Source of the DNA: Fonticula alba ATCC 38817 | Lineage: Eukaryota; Protista; Nucleariida | Length of the DNA stretch: 64,000 nucleotides | Reading direction: 5' to 3' (one strand) | Assembly: GCA_000388065.2 (NCBI GenBank) | Contig: KB932206.1 | In this document: piece after piece, positions 35,632 through 47,217 of the stretch | How the letters are laid out: every line of letters begins with the position of its first letter | How positions within the stretch are numbered: position 1 is the stretch's first letter | The notes under the pieces: model-generated | Databases searched by the model: none | Seen by the model: the letters and a program-made list of their open reading frames with translations, nothing else | Told to the model about the DNA's origin: nothing | Position numbers and translations under genes: made by a program

Positions 35632-38176
35632 TCAAACTTGCGGACCGACCAGGGCCACGGTGAGCGAGGTATGCACCACCAGCGAAAGGAGGAAGGCCAG
35701 CAGGAGGCCGGTGTTGCCGAGAACCACCCACTGGCGAAGAATGCGGGCGTGCCGGCGTGCTGCCGGCCCCACAGCGAGCGAGGCATCCGGCCGACGGGGT
35801 GCGATGCCGCCGGGCTCGGCGCGTTCCGGGTCCTCACTCGACAGACGTCCAGCATCTGGGGGGAGATCGGCCGCGCGGCTGCGCGCGATGACCACCCACT
35901 CGATCAGTGACTCGGCCGTGCGCAGCCCGTCAAAGTGGTAGCATGCTGGCGAATTGAAAAAGGCCAGTGCCACGTTCACGCTCAGGGTGTACATGACGAA
36001 ATACCGTGCGGCCACCGGCATCAGCAAAAGGGCCCATAGGAGAGCCCTCCGAGCCAGGCCAAGTCCCCAGCGTGCCAGCGCTCGGATCGGCCGGCCGGCT
36101 GACAAGGGCGCTGCCGGGGGAGGGCTGCCGGATGCCTGGCCGGCGGGCCCCGGCTGCCAGAGGAAGATGTCCGGCGCATCCGGCCGCGGCCAGCGCGGAA
36201 TGTACCCGGACACGGTGATTTCCCGCCACAGAGACAGCGGGGAGCCGTAGAAAAAGATGGGCGGCAAAGGGACGCCCGAGGACTCGGCCATTGTCGGGCC
36301 ATCTGCCGAGCCGTAGTCCAACTTGACTTGGACTAGGCGTGTGCCTGGGGCCGTGTCCGGAGACAGGCACATGTGGCCTGGCTGGCACGCGGACGCCGGC
36401 CCGCAAGGTGTGGCCTCGGAGATCCCCCCGTACACCGGCAAGCAGATGGAGGTCTGGTTATGTTTGTGTCGCCCCGCATAGCCCCAGGGCGTGAAGGAAA
36501 ATGTGAGAAGGCGAAACAGGGCGGGGGTGCCAAGGCAGACCGTGCTCTCTCTCTCTCTCTCTCGCTCGCTCGCGCGCTCTCTCTCTGCCCAGAAAAGGGT
36601 CAAGAGGAGGGAAAGGGAGGAGGCAGAGAGGGGGGAGGAATACGCACGCGCGGGCGCAGGGGGTCTTCACCTGGGCGTGCTGGGGACCGGTCGACCAGGC
36701 AAAAGCCATTGGCCCCAGGCCGGGTGGCGGATCGATCGCAGCAGTCATACTCCGGTCGGGTGGCATACTCGACGATGGTTTTGTGCGACACGCAATAGCC
36801 ATCAAAGCGCTGGGGGATCGGGGAATCGGGCCCCACCTGGGCCGAGGCCATCGGGGGGGCACCTGCATTCAGATAATCGATGCAGGACACCCATGACTCG
36901 TGGTCGAGTACCGGACACCCGTCCAGCCGGCGGATACGTGCACCGAGCGGCAAGTACGGCCGCAGGGGAGAGGTCTAGGGGATGGCATTTTTTTTTTTTG
37001 CCCCCGCCCCCCATGCCCAGGCCCTCGTGGGGTTAGTCCCAGCTGGGAGATGCAGATGGCAATTGCTTGGACCGGCGCACCGAAGAGACATCGGCGACGG
37101 CGACCCCGGCACCAGTGCGCCATATCGCGAGGCCGGACTGGCCCGCCGGCGCAGCAACCCCAACGGCCGTCACCAGCAACGGCAGCACGATGGCCAATGC
37201 CAGGCAGGCCACCAGATTGTGCCACACGCCGGCCGTGCTGACCATGATCCGCTGCCAAAAAGTGCCCCGTTCATACTCGGTCTCATCGATGATGACACAC
37301 CCCCCGGGAAAGGGGGTGAGCTGGAAGTGGATCCGCTGCACGGTCATGGCCGACCTGCGCTTGTGAATAGCCCGTCAGTCCCATTAGACACAGGCCGAAG
37401 CAGCATGTGCATGTGTGCATGCATTTGTACACGCACGCCACGGCCGCCAGCGCATGGCCCAGCTCGTGGACCACCACCGACAGGAGCAGCACCAGGGCCA
37501 GGATAAGCATACTCGGCAGGGGAACATTGTAGCCCGGAATGAGCATCATCACCCCGCTTCCGGGGGCTGGCACGGCCGATGCGGTGGCCGGCGGAGGAGC
37601 CGGGGGCGAAAGGTCGGCCACCGCGCGCCGGTGCATCGATCGGCCATGCTGCCGAGATGTGGCCGCTGCCATGGACATCGCCGGCTCCGAGCCCCCCACC
37701 GGCTGGGAGCCGCCCCAGGTGCCCCGGACCAGATGCACAGACCCGGCCACCTGCAGCGAAGTCAAGCCCACCAGCACAAAGGGCAATACAAGCAGGAGCA
37801 CCAGGCCGACCGCCGCGCCGATGGAAAACCAGGCCCCCAGGGCTCGACGCGCTGTTCGACCCCCGAGGCGCCGGCGCAGCAGTCCGGCCACCGGGTCGGC
37901 CGGCGAAATGGCCAGCCCCAGCCGGAGCCCCTGGCGTTCAAAGGTGTAGTGCGCATCCGCCGGCTGGGGGACTACCGGTAGATTTGGCGCGGATTTGTCC
38001 GCAAGGTCAGCATCATGCCCTGGGCCCGGGAGTGATGGCTGGCCCCGGCCTGGTGTCCGCCCAGCCAGACGCATCAGTCGCCCAACCATGCGGCTGATCA
38101 CCGGCAGTCGCCGCCTCCCGGCATACGCCAGCACCAGGATCCCCACCAGGATGAGGGTCATCAGAGGGATACTCAT
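35632..38176 (-). CDS. MBTPS2: Site-2 protease (M50 intramembrane zinc metalloprotease, MBTPS2-like) with PDZ-like and Cys-rich luminal insert; exons 38176-37437, 37354-37081, 36974-36648, 36453-35632 (~720 aa)
   Basis: SVVVHELGHALAA (HExxH in a TM helix), FPGGCV, WQRIMVSTAGVWHNL, a Cys-rich insert (DCC...FCL...SICLP...PC...AC...CLSP), IFFYGSP and FNSPACYHFDG (NxxPxxxLDG equivalent). Junctions are phase-consistent. Confidence 0.9.
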
Positions 38177-39529
38177 GATGTTCCGGCCTTCCACAGGAGC
38201 CCTCCCCTAGGCATGTGTCAGGCTCAGGAAGATGGGCCACAGCAGGGTAGCTGGCAGGGTAGGTCCGGGGGTGGGGGGGGAGAGGGGGGGCGGGGGGCCG
38301 AGGCGGCGGGCTTTGACTGGGTCAGTGTTTGTTTGGTGGTTGTTGACTTTGTGGTGTGGGCGGGTGTGGTGGTGGTGGTAACTTTGTGTTGGTTGGGGCG
38401 CCAGGGGTCCGTGTTCTTCTTGCTCTTGTGTTTTAGGTGGTGTCGGCGCCGGGTTTCGCTGCTGGGAGGCGCGGCTACCGGCCGCTCGGCCATCGGGCCG
38501 GGTCGCGTGAGTCGGCCTTCTTGCCGGCGTCCGCCAGCCGCCGGGCTCGATCCGGAGTGTGCCAAAGAGGGGCGCTTTTTCCCTGCATCCCCGGACATTC
38601 GCAGCTCGCCCTGTGCCAGCAGGCAGGCTCGACCCGTGGGATGATGGAGAGCGTTCGCGCCCTCCCCCCCCCCCCCCCCCCCCCGACCGCGCCGCACGCT
38701 GGAGAGCCGGAGGCCAGAGGGAAAAAAAAGGCAGGACAGAAGACAGGGCGATGGCAGACCGCACCTCGTGCAGCAGGGTCACGGGACCGGTTTTCATCCC
38801 CGTCACGGTCGTGCCAATCACGCCCCGACTCACGGGTACCCCCTAGCCATTGCAGAACACCCGGCCACAACCCATTCACACGCCAACCCTCGCTCCCCCG
38901 CCAGGCACACCTTGTTGTGGGCGAAGCAGAATGCGCGACTCCGGGGGACATGAGTCGTCTTCGCGCGTTTGCGTGGCAATCACCGCCGGCCATTGGGGCC
39001 GGTGGTCGGCCGCGAAATGTCCCGCAAATGAGGGCACAGAATACAGCGCATCATGGCCCTTCGACGGCCACACAGCACCGACAGGTTCGGTCCCGGAGCC
39101 GGCTCGAGTCGGCCTGGGATCGTGAGTGGGACCCCCGCCTGCTGAGCTGAAATGCCCTCGCATNNNNNNNNNNNNNNNNNNNNNNNGGGGGGGGGGGGGG
39201 GGGGGGGGCGAGCGGGAAAAAGAAAGGCCAGCACGCCTTGGCGCGATCGCGGCAGACAAGCGAGGCAACCGGCCTTCATGCACCCGACCAAGGCTGCCTC
39301 CCCCTCCGCCCCCCCCTGCCCCGCCACCCGCTCTGCCACGCACCACTCGTCCTCCTGGGCCACGTGCCATACTACCCCCGGCTCTCTGTTGCCCCTCTTG
39401 CGCTGCCTTTTCCTCGCTCGCCCCCTCCCTCCGGCCCCTTGAGGGACCCTGCCAAAAGAACACCCCCCACCCGATGGCCCCACCCTCGTCCAGCAGGGAG
39501 CCCTTTCCTCGAGCGACGCCGACCCAACG

Positions 39530-42500
39530 ATGGGCCCTCCCCCTCGCGATCGCTCCGGCACCGGGCTTCACTGGTTGGGCCTCCACCAGGGCTTGAGGGG
39601 CCCTATCTTGCTGCAGCAGCTGCTGCTTCTCCTGCTGCTGCCGCTGTGCCTCGTCGAGGCCGTTGCTCGGGCCGACATGCGCGGGGGCTTCCAGCCCGAA
39701 GTCCACGTGTATGACCGCCTGCGATCGGTGAGCTTGGTGCTGCGTCTGGCCGACCAGGTGCCGACCGGCAGCAGGGATGTCCTGTCCGCCGGGGCCCTGC
39801 TCCGGGCCCTGGAGCACGGAGCCGGCGCCTGGAGCCCGGCCCTTCGCCGGTGCCGGCAAATTGCGCTGCATGTGTTGACTGCCGCGCCAGACTCGTCAGC
39901 CGACCCGGCCTGGTACGAGCCGGCGGCCGATCGATTTGACTCTCACCGGGCGGCCGACGCCCTCACCCCGTTGGAGGTCTTCGCCCGGCGGGAGGTTGAG
40001 CGAGTGCGCGGCCTGGCCGGGGGCGGGGGGGCAGCCCGCCGGCCCGGCGCATCCGCACCGCGCCCCATCACCCGCGGCCATGTACGTTCACTCGGGTGCG
40101 CCCTTCTCCATGCCCGGGCCCTGGTTGTGGGCATGGAGGTGGTATGGGGCCCGGGTGGGAACGGCGGCAGCAGTGGCGGCGGCGCGCAGGCCGCCGCCGA
40201 GGGGGACCTCCTGCTTCTGCCACCGGTGCTGGAGCTGCTCGGGGCCCGGGCCGGGGCTCGATCCGCCGGGTCCGAGTATGGCGCTTCGGCGCCCCCCCCA
40301 GGACCGAGCCTTCTCCTGCCGCTGGCTGTTGGACCACGCGGGGAGCTGGCCCTGCCGAGCACAAGCGACTCCGGGCTCGATCGGGCCATCGCCACGGTCT
40401 TGGGCAAGGCCAGCCTGACCGAGCGCTGGTGGTTGTGTTCCTCGCTCTTCCTGCAGCGCGAAATCCTCGGTGCCCTGGAGACGACCCTCTGGCTGCCGGA
40501 GGTCCTGGCCGAGGCGGCCCGGCAGACAAGCCCGCAAGCCCGGCCATGGACGCCCTGGCCACCGCCGCCAGGCCCGGGCCCGGTGCGCCCGGTGCACGCC
40601 TGCGAGCCGCCAGCCTCGGCCGGGCTCTTCCTCGGAGCCATGACCATGGACCCCTGGGACCGATGGGAGATCCCGAATAAGGTGGGGGCCGCCCGGCCCA
40701 AGGCCCGCGACGTCCTGCGTGCCATGGCCGTGGCCTCTTGCATGATGGGCCGCGATGGGTTGGATCCGCTGGCACAAATTTGGGTCCGGGGGAGCACGGT
40801 CCTGGTGCACTTCCCCGCGACCCCGGCGCACCCTGCGGCCGCGTCCGCCGCCGCGGCCGAACTTTCGTCCGTGGCAGACATGCTTCCGGGTGACCCTCTC
40901 GCCGGGCCGGTGACCGCCGCGGCCACGGCTGCCCTGCGCTCCGGTGCCACCTTCGTCGAGTGCGAGGTGTCCCCCTCGGTGCCAGCCTGCCGGGTGGTCC
41001 AGTCGCGCTGGTTCGGGGGGACGGCTGACGCGCCACCCCCCCGGGCCCCGGCCATCCGGCTTCTCACCGCGGCGGCCGACCGTCACCAGCGCCTCGAGCA
41101 GTTCTTGCGGAATCTGGACCCTGTCATCCGACCGGACGGGCGTTTCCCCAGCCGTCGAGCTGGTCCCCAGGGCGGCAGCACTGGTGACAACAGCACCAGC
41201 GCCAACCACACCAGCAGTAATAGCAGTAGTAGTAGCAGCAGCAGCAGCAACAGCGACTATGGCACAGGTACCGAGTCCGGCGGAAAGACCCCGTCCCTCG
41301 CGGCTCGGGTGTCGCTCTGTGTGGCGCTCTTTGCCGGCGCCCCGGACTTTGAGCGGAGTTTGGCACTGGCCCGGGCCTACCAAGCTCGGTGGGCAGCCCT
41401 TCGCGCGCCTGGGCAGCATGCCCCGGCCCTGGAGCTGGAGATTCGCCAACTGGCCGGGCCTTTCCGCCAGGCGGCCGCCCTGGACGCGTGTTTCGCGCGG
41501 GATGGTATGTTTCCCCCCCCCCCCCCCCGATACATCATGCGGAATTCCGTGGGGTCCGATGGTCGCGAGCGAAACCCCCTTCATGGCTAACCCGGGGGTC
41601 ATGGCTCCCCCATGGCATCAACTCGCCTGCCCGCCGCATCCATGTGGCCGGGGCCCGGGCCTGCTCCGGCAGTTGCCGCTGCGGAGGAGGGCGAGGACAT
41701 TGTCATGGTGATGGATGTGGACATGGACTTCTCGCCGGGAGTGCTCTTCCAGCAGGTGGTTCGGTGGCTGGGCCCCGGGACGCCCAATGGAGGGCCCCTG
41801 GCCCGGCCCCTGGCGTCGGTTTATGCGCCGATCGTCTTCTACCAGGGCCAGCAGGCTACACGTCGGAGCGACACCAAGGCCACATCAGTCGGTGGCCGGA
41901 GCATTGCCGCGATTTGGCGCGAGGCCAAGCAACTTCTCGAGGGGGCTCAAGGGTCCAGCAGGCCCCGCATGGCCGGCGAGGACCACGCCAGCGAGACACC
42001 CGAGCATGATGCGGGCAGCGAGGACCCCCGCGGCTGGGCATCCATGGGAACCGGCATTGTGGCCGCACGGCGGGCCACCTGGGCCGATGCCGGAGGTTGG
42101 GCCGGGGGACTGGCCGTTGGCCGGGACCGGCCATTGCGCACGGACCCCGGCCTGAGGCGGCTGGTCTGTTGGTCCAGCCGCCCGACCGGCGGCCCGGACC
42201 CCTGGCTCTTTGGCGCCCGTCATGGCTGGGAAGACACCGACGCCTTCTTCCGATTGGCCATCGCCGGCGGCGGGCCAGCCCGGCTGGCACGTTGGCGCGA
42301 GCCGGATCTGGTGCACGCCTGGCACCGGCGAGATCATGCCGGGCGCCCGGAAAGCGCCCCGGGCGGCCCGCCTGGCGCGGGACCGGACACCACCGATGCC
42401 CGGCTGAGTTCCGTTGCCCGATGGTTCGACAGCACCATCAGCTCTCTGCCTGCGGTACGCACAGGCAGGAAGGCAAGCCCCCACGATCTGGGCCCCACGC

Positions 42501-43801
42501 ATTCGGCCGGTCCACTCGCGGCGCCATGCTCTGACCATTTGTTCCCCCCCCCCCCTCCCCTCTCTTGCAACCTCTTCACCTCTTGGCGACCCATCGACGG
42601 GGACAAAATGCGGCGCATCTGTCCCCGCCCCTCGGCTCGGTCCACCGCACAGCCGCACCTGTGCCCGGCCATCCCCCGTGGGGCTCGGCTGCGTGACACA
42701 CAGGAGCCCCTCTGGCGGCGCCTGGTGGCCGCCCCGGGCGCCGAAGCCTGGAACGGGGTGTACCTGTATGCGGGACCCACCGGGCCGCGTGCGGCCAGTC
42801 AGGGCACGGTGTTGGCCATACGCGAGCACCATCCGGCACGCTTGTTGCTGGGGCTCCGGTCGCCGGAGGCCTTTGCACCGACCGACGGCACGGGGAGCAG
42901 GGCATCATTGCCGGCTCGACGGGAGCTCCTCTGGGTGCCTGCCTGGCGCCCGGAAGTCCCGCAGCCGGCCCCCCGACCGGGGCCTGGCGGCGAGCCGCTG
43001 GCCGTGCGCCTGGCCCCGGCATTCCACCAGCCAGCACACCCGGACTTCGCCGGGCGCATGGTGCACATCGCTTCGACCCTTCCCTGGGCGGCGGACTGCG
43101 CGCCGGCTCGCATAGTTCAGAGTCGCCTCAGCCCCAGCAGCCCGGAGGCCGGGGCCGGTGATGGCCGCGGCGGGTGCCCGCTCTTCGCCGGCGCCAGGGC
43201 CGCTCGATCGGCCGACCGAATGACCTTCCACTTTGAATGGCCCACCCTCGAGGAGGGCGACGCCCCGGCCATTCGGCCAGGCGCCGGCCCGGCTGGGCTG
43301 TGCCTTTGCCGTCTTGTGGAAGTGCTGTCCGGGCATCGAGACCACCCGACTCGGGTGGTGGGGTGTGGGGGTCAAGTGGAGGTCTTCCTGCCGGATGCGC
43401 TGGCCCCCGCCTGTCGTGGGGCCTTCGAGGAGGCCGGCGCCGCGGCCGTGATCTTATGCTCGACGGCCTGCCTGGCTGGTGGTCGGCACGATGCCGCCGA
43501 GGCCGCCAGCCGGCCGGCCACCATGGCCTCCCTGCTACCGGGGGCCGATGTGGCGGAGGCTCTGCGCGCCGGTGCCGGCGGCCGGCCGACCGTCTGCTGG
43601 CTGGCCAACGGCGACTCGCCCCAGATCCTGGGCCGGGTGGAACTCACGCAGCTTGGCGGCGACCCGATGGACTGCGTCACGCCAGACGGAGAGGCGCTCG
43701 AGCCTTGGAGCGTTGACGACGGTCTGGTGATTGCCAGCCTTCGGACACAGCTCGTGCATCTGGACCCGAACACCATGCGTGCTGAGGCCTGGCCCGAATA
43801 G
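39530..43801 (+). CDS. Putative secretory-pathway glycosyltransferase with a chondroitin GalNAc-transferase (CHGN/GT7-like) domain; exons 39530-41504, 41673-42454, 42653-43801 (~1300 aa; second intron probable)
   Basis: N-terminal hydrophobic stretch (ILLQQLLLLLLLPLCLVEAVA). Intron 41505..41672 (GTATGT, GCTAAC branch, CAG; phase 1-1) joins the two ORFs. The motif series RLEQFLRNL, IRQLAGPFRQAAALD, VMVMDVDMDF (DxD), VYAPIVFYQ, GWASMGTGIV, GWEDTD, LVHAWH parallels the CSGALNACT/CHSY C-terminal domain as I recall it. Confidence 0.65.
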
Positions 43802-43891
43802 TGGCTGGGCTCTTGCCGGAGGAAGGGGACAAGGGCCGGTGGCGGTGGCGGTGGCGGTGGCGCCGGTGCCGGCGGCGGCGGCGCGAGGCAT

Positions 43892-43929
<38 letters not shown>

Positions 43930-44310
43930 CAACTTCCCTCCGGCACGTTTGCCTACCACATCATGCCCACAAAAATACACCATATCATCTCCAGGAGCAC
44001 TGTCCGATCATCTGTGGGGGTGGCGGGGCCTCAAGGGCCGGAACTCCCGCGTATGTGTGTGTGTGTGTGTGTGGGAGGGGGGACGCGAGGTCGCAGTTCC
44101 GGTGGCAGTTCACCGAGCTGCGTGGCCGATCGGCTCTTTTTCTGCGGCCCTGGGGCCGAGCCAGGCAGGCCACGGGGGCCAGCAGATCTCCGCCGCCGCC
44201 GCCCCCCTCCCCTGTGCCCGCGAATTTTCCTCCTCTCGCCGCCGCCGCCGCCGCCTCCTCCCTCCCCCGCTCGCCCCCCTCCCCCTTCCTCCTGGAACTC
44301 AACCCCCCTG

Positions 44311-46089
44311 ATGTCTCTTCAGCATCTGTATGGCCGGCCGAGCGTGATGACCGCGCTACGGGCCGGCATCCGGCCACTTGCTGAGCTGACCCTGCTGGTC
44401 CCGCCCGGCTACACCAAGCCCAACGGCCCGACCAAGAAGCCCCGGAAGTCGGCCGGGCAATTTGGCGCACACCAGCCCGAGCAGGACCTCACTGTGACCC
44501 GAGAGGTGGAGGCCATGGCCCGCGAGCTGGGCGTCAAGGTGACCCTCACCACGGACCGGCACACCCTCAATGCCCTGGCCAAGCAGCGGACACATGGGGG
44601 CATGGTCCTGGCAACGGGGGAGTTCCCGCTAAACAGCATCTCGCGCCTGATGGGGCCGACCCTGCCAGAGGCGCTGGCCACCGCCGTGGCTCCGACCACC
44701 CCCGGCCCGGCGGCTGACAGCGACCCCTCTGACGCCGGCAACAGTGCCACTGTCTACAACATCCAGGTGACCGGTCCGTCCGGTCGGCGTGGGCTCAAGC
44801 CCCGGAGCTTCCCGCCGGGGCTGACTGGCGGATCGACCGCCCACCACCGGTGGCCCGTGTGGCTGGCATTGGACGAAGGTGCGCATGCGCGCGCGATCCA
44901 GGCACCCCCCCCCCAGCCCACCAGGATCAACCCCTCCCCCTCTCCTGCCGTTCTATGCCCTGCTCCAGCTCACATGTCCCTTTGCTCCCCTTCCCCCCCC
45001 CTCCCCCCCCTCGCCCCTGTTGGATGCAGTGGTCGATCCTCAGAACCTCGGAAGTATCCTTCGCTCGGCATACTACTTTGGCGTCGATGGTGTGGCCCTG
45101 TGCACGCGCAACAGGTTCGTTGTCTCGGTCTTTGGTGGCCCCCGGTTGCTTGTGGTTCGGTTGTGATGGGCCCACCTCTTGCACCCCTCTCACCCCCTCT
45201 TGCACCCCTCTCCCGAAGTGCCCCTTTGTCTCCGGTAGTCAGTCGCGCCTCGGCCGGCTCCCTGGAGGCCTTCATCTCGCCCTTTCCCGATGGGAAAGAC
45301 CAGAAATCCGCCCCGATTTCGGAGCGAGCCGATCAGCAGCCACTCCTGTACAATGTTCAGGCCATGACCCGGTTCCTGGCCGAGTCACGGATCAACAGCT
45401 GGGACATCATTGGCACGGTGGGGCCGGACTTCGAGCCGGATGTCCAGGGCTTGACGGCCGACAGGGCCCCGAAGCAACAGCCCCCGACGCCGACCCTGGC
45501 CGAGGCCTCGCTCGCGGCCCTGCGCGCCTCGCTCCCGGCCGATGCCCTGCCGGAGCCGGAGCCGGAGCCGGAGCCGACGCCCCGCGACCCGCAGACGCGC
45601 TTTGAGGGATCATCCAACATGGCGGACCTGCTGGTGTCCGGCCGGCCGGGCGACGGGGAATCCGAAGCCTCTTGCCCGGGGGAGAAGGTGCTACTGACTG
45701 TGGAGGATCTATCCGAGCTGGAAATTCGCCGGCCGACCATCATTGTTCTCGGGAATGAAGGCCGCGGGATGCGAACGAATGTGGCCCGGCTGTGCAACCG
45801 GCTGGTCAGCGTTCCGCGCGTGGGCCGGGCCCCGGTCTTTGCCAACTCCCTTCCTGGTGGGTCCGAGGAGGTGGTCGACTCGCTGAATGTCGGCGTGGCC
45901 ACCGGAGTCATCCTGAGCGAGGTGGTTCGCCAGGCACACCGTGGCTGGACCCCCGAGTTGGGGTCCGACTTCTTCGAGCACAACCTGGCCGACGTTCAGC
46001 AGCTGGATCGGGAGATCGCCCACATCCGCAGTCTTAAGAAGGAGCAGCAGCAGCAGCGCCAGCAGCAGGAGCAGGGGCAGGATAAGTGA
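44311..46089 (+). CDS. MRM1: SpoU/TrmH-family rRNA 2'-O-methyltransferase, MRM1-like; exons (5' end unresolved) 44311-44878, 45030-45114, 45219-46089
   Basis: HLYGRPSVMTAL, LNALAKQRTHGGMVL, WLALDEVVDPQNLGSILRSAYYFGVD, NSAPLSPVVSRASAGSLE, IVLGNEGRGMR, DSLNVGVATGVILSE (SPOUT knot motifs). The two introns are phase-consistent. A CTGAT...CAG just before HLYG suggests an unresolved upstream exon. Confidence 0.88.
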   Translation: MSLQHLYGRPSVMTALRAGIRPLAELTLLVPPGYTKPNGPTKKPRKSAGQFGAHQPEQDLTVTREVEAMARELGVKVTLTTDRHTLNALAKQRTHGGMVLATGEFPLNSISRLMGPTLPEALATAVAPTTPGPAADSDPSDAGNSATVYNIQVTGPSGRRGLKPRSFPPGLTGGSTAHHRWPVWLALDEGAHARAIQAPPPQPTRINPSPSPAVLCPAPAHMSLCSPSPPLPPLAPVGCSGRSSEPRKYPSLGILLWRRWCGPVHAQQVRCLGLWWPPVACGSVVMGPPLAPLSPPLAPLSRSAPLSPVVSRASAGSLEAFISPFPDGKDQKSAPISERADQQPLLYNVQAMTRFLAESRINSWDIIGTVGPDFEPDVQGLTADRAPKQQPPTPTLAEASLAALRASLPADALPEPEPEPEPTPRDPQTRFEGSSNMADLLVSGRPGDGESEASCPGEKVLLTVEDLSELEIRRPTIIVLGNEGRGMRTNVARLCNRLVSVPRVGRAPVFANSLPGGSEEVVDSLNVGVATGVILSEVVRQAHRGWTPELGSDFFEHNLADVQQLDREIAHIRSLKKEQQQQRQQQEQGQDK

Positions 46090-47054
46090 AAGGCCGGGCG
46101 GCTAGGCTGCCCGGGAGAATGCCCGCCTTTCCCTTGCACATCCGCCGGGCCATCGTCACACAGCTTTTCCTCTCCTCTTTCTCGGTCCCTTGTGTTGCGC
46201 CGGTCTCATGAATATAGATTGACCGGCACACATCCTGTCCACCTCTGGCTACACGACCAAGAGAAGGCGCGCAGCAGCAAGCGCACAGCAGACCCCTTTC
46301 CGGCATCGCTTCTGCCCTCCCTGCATATGACGCCCACTCCCTGCATGCCGCATCACCCCTCTGCTCAACAAAATATCCAACACATTCTCTTATATTTTTC
46401 TTCGACACCGGGAACGGGGGGGGGGGGGGCGGGGAAGGAGGTGGTGGGGCGGGATCGGTGGTGAGCCCGCCCGCGGCCCGAGGCTTCGTGCCATGGCGAC
46501 TCTCGTGCTAAGGGCCTGCCAGATCCGGGTCAACTGCCAGCAGGCCTGCTGCGTGGCGGAGAGATCCAGGCATCTGTGCGCTTTTTATGTCAGAGTGCCT
46601 TTCACGGTAGACCTCCTCCTCCCCTCCGCACCTGAGATGTATCGGCCCTACGCGCGGATAGTGCCGGGGAGTTTGGGACCGTGCCGCGCGGCAGGCGCAG
46701 GGTGGGGCGAAGATGCGTGGTGGGGGAGAGGCACGGGCGATAGGGAGTCGGAGCAATCTTTATGGAGATCCTCAGCGCCCAGTGGCGCGCTGGGCGATGG
46801 AGAGAGAGAGAGAGAGAACAAGAGAGATGGTCATTGCATGGCGACATGAGGGGGACGTGGCGCCCCAGAGGACGGGGGGGAGGGATCCCATCGCGAGCCA
46901 GCGCTTTTTCGTCCCCCTGTGAATTCCCTCTCCCTCTCTCTCTCTCTCTCCCTCTGGTGGGTTCAGGCTCACAAGGAGGCGCCAGCAATAAGTGCGTTGC
47001 CCGCATGTGCGTGTGCCTGCACACGTGCATATGCTTGGGCGCGGATGTACATAA

Positions 47055-47151
47055 TCACTTGAGAATGCGCAGGACGACATATGAAGCCGCACGGAAGAAG
47101 ATCCAGAAGCAACACAGGTACACGAAAAACACGGCGCCATTGAAGCTGATA

Positions 47152-47217
<66 letters not shown>

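Noticed and set aside
36454-36603. [14 protein letters not shown]-containing N-terminal part of the 323-aa S2P ORF as coding exon
   Set aside because: The phase-0 acceptor at 36454 restores the conserved Cys spacing and puts the (GA)n microsatellite in the intron.
35418-38176. In-frame S2P-hydrolase fusion protein
   Set aside because: S2P has a normal C-terminus and stop, and the candidate donor/acceptor phases did not match.
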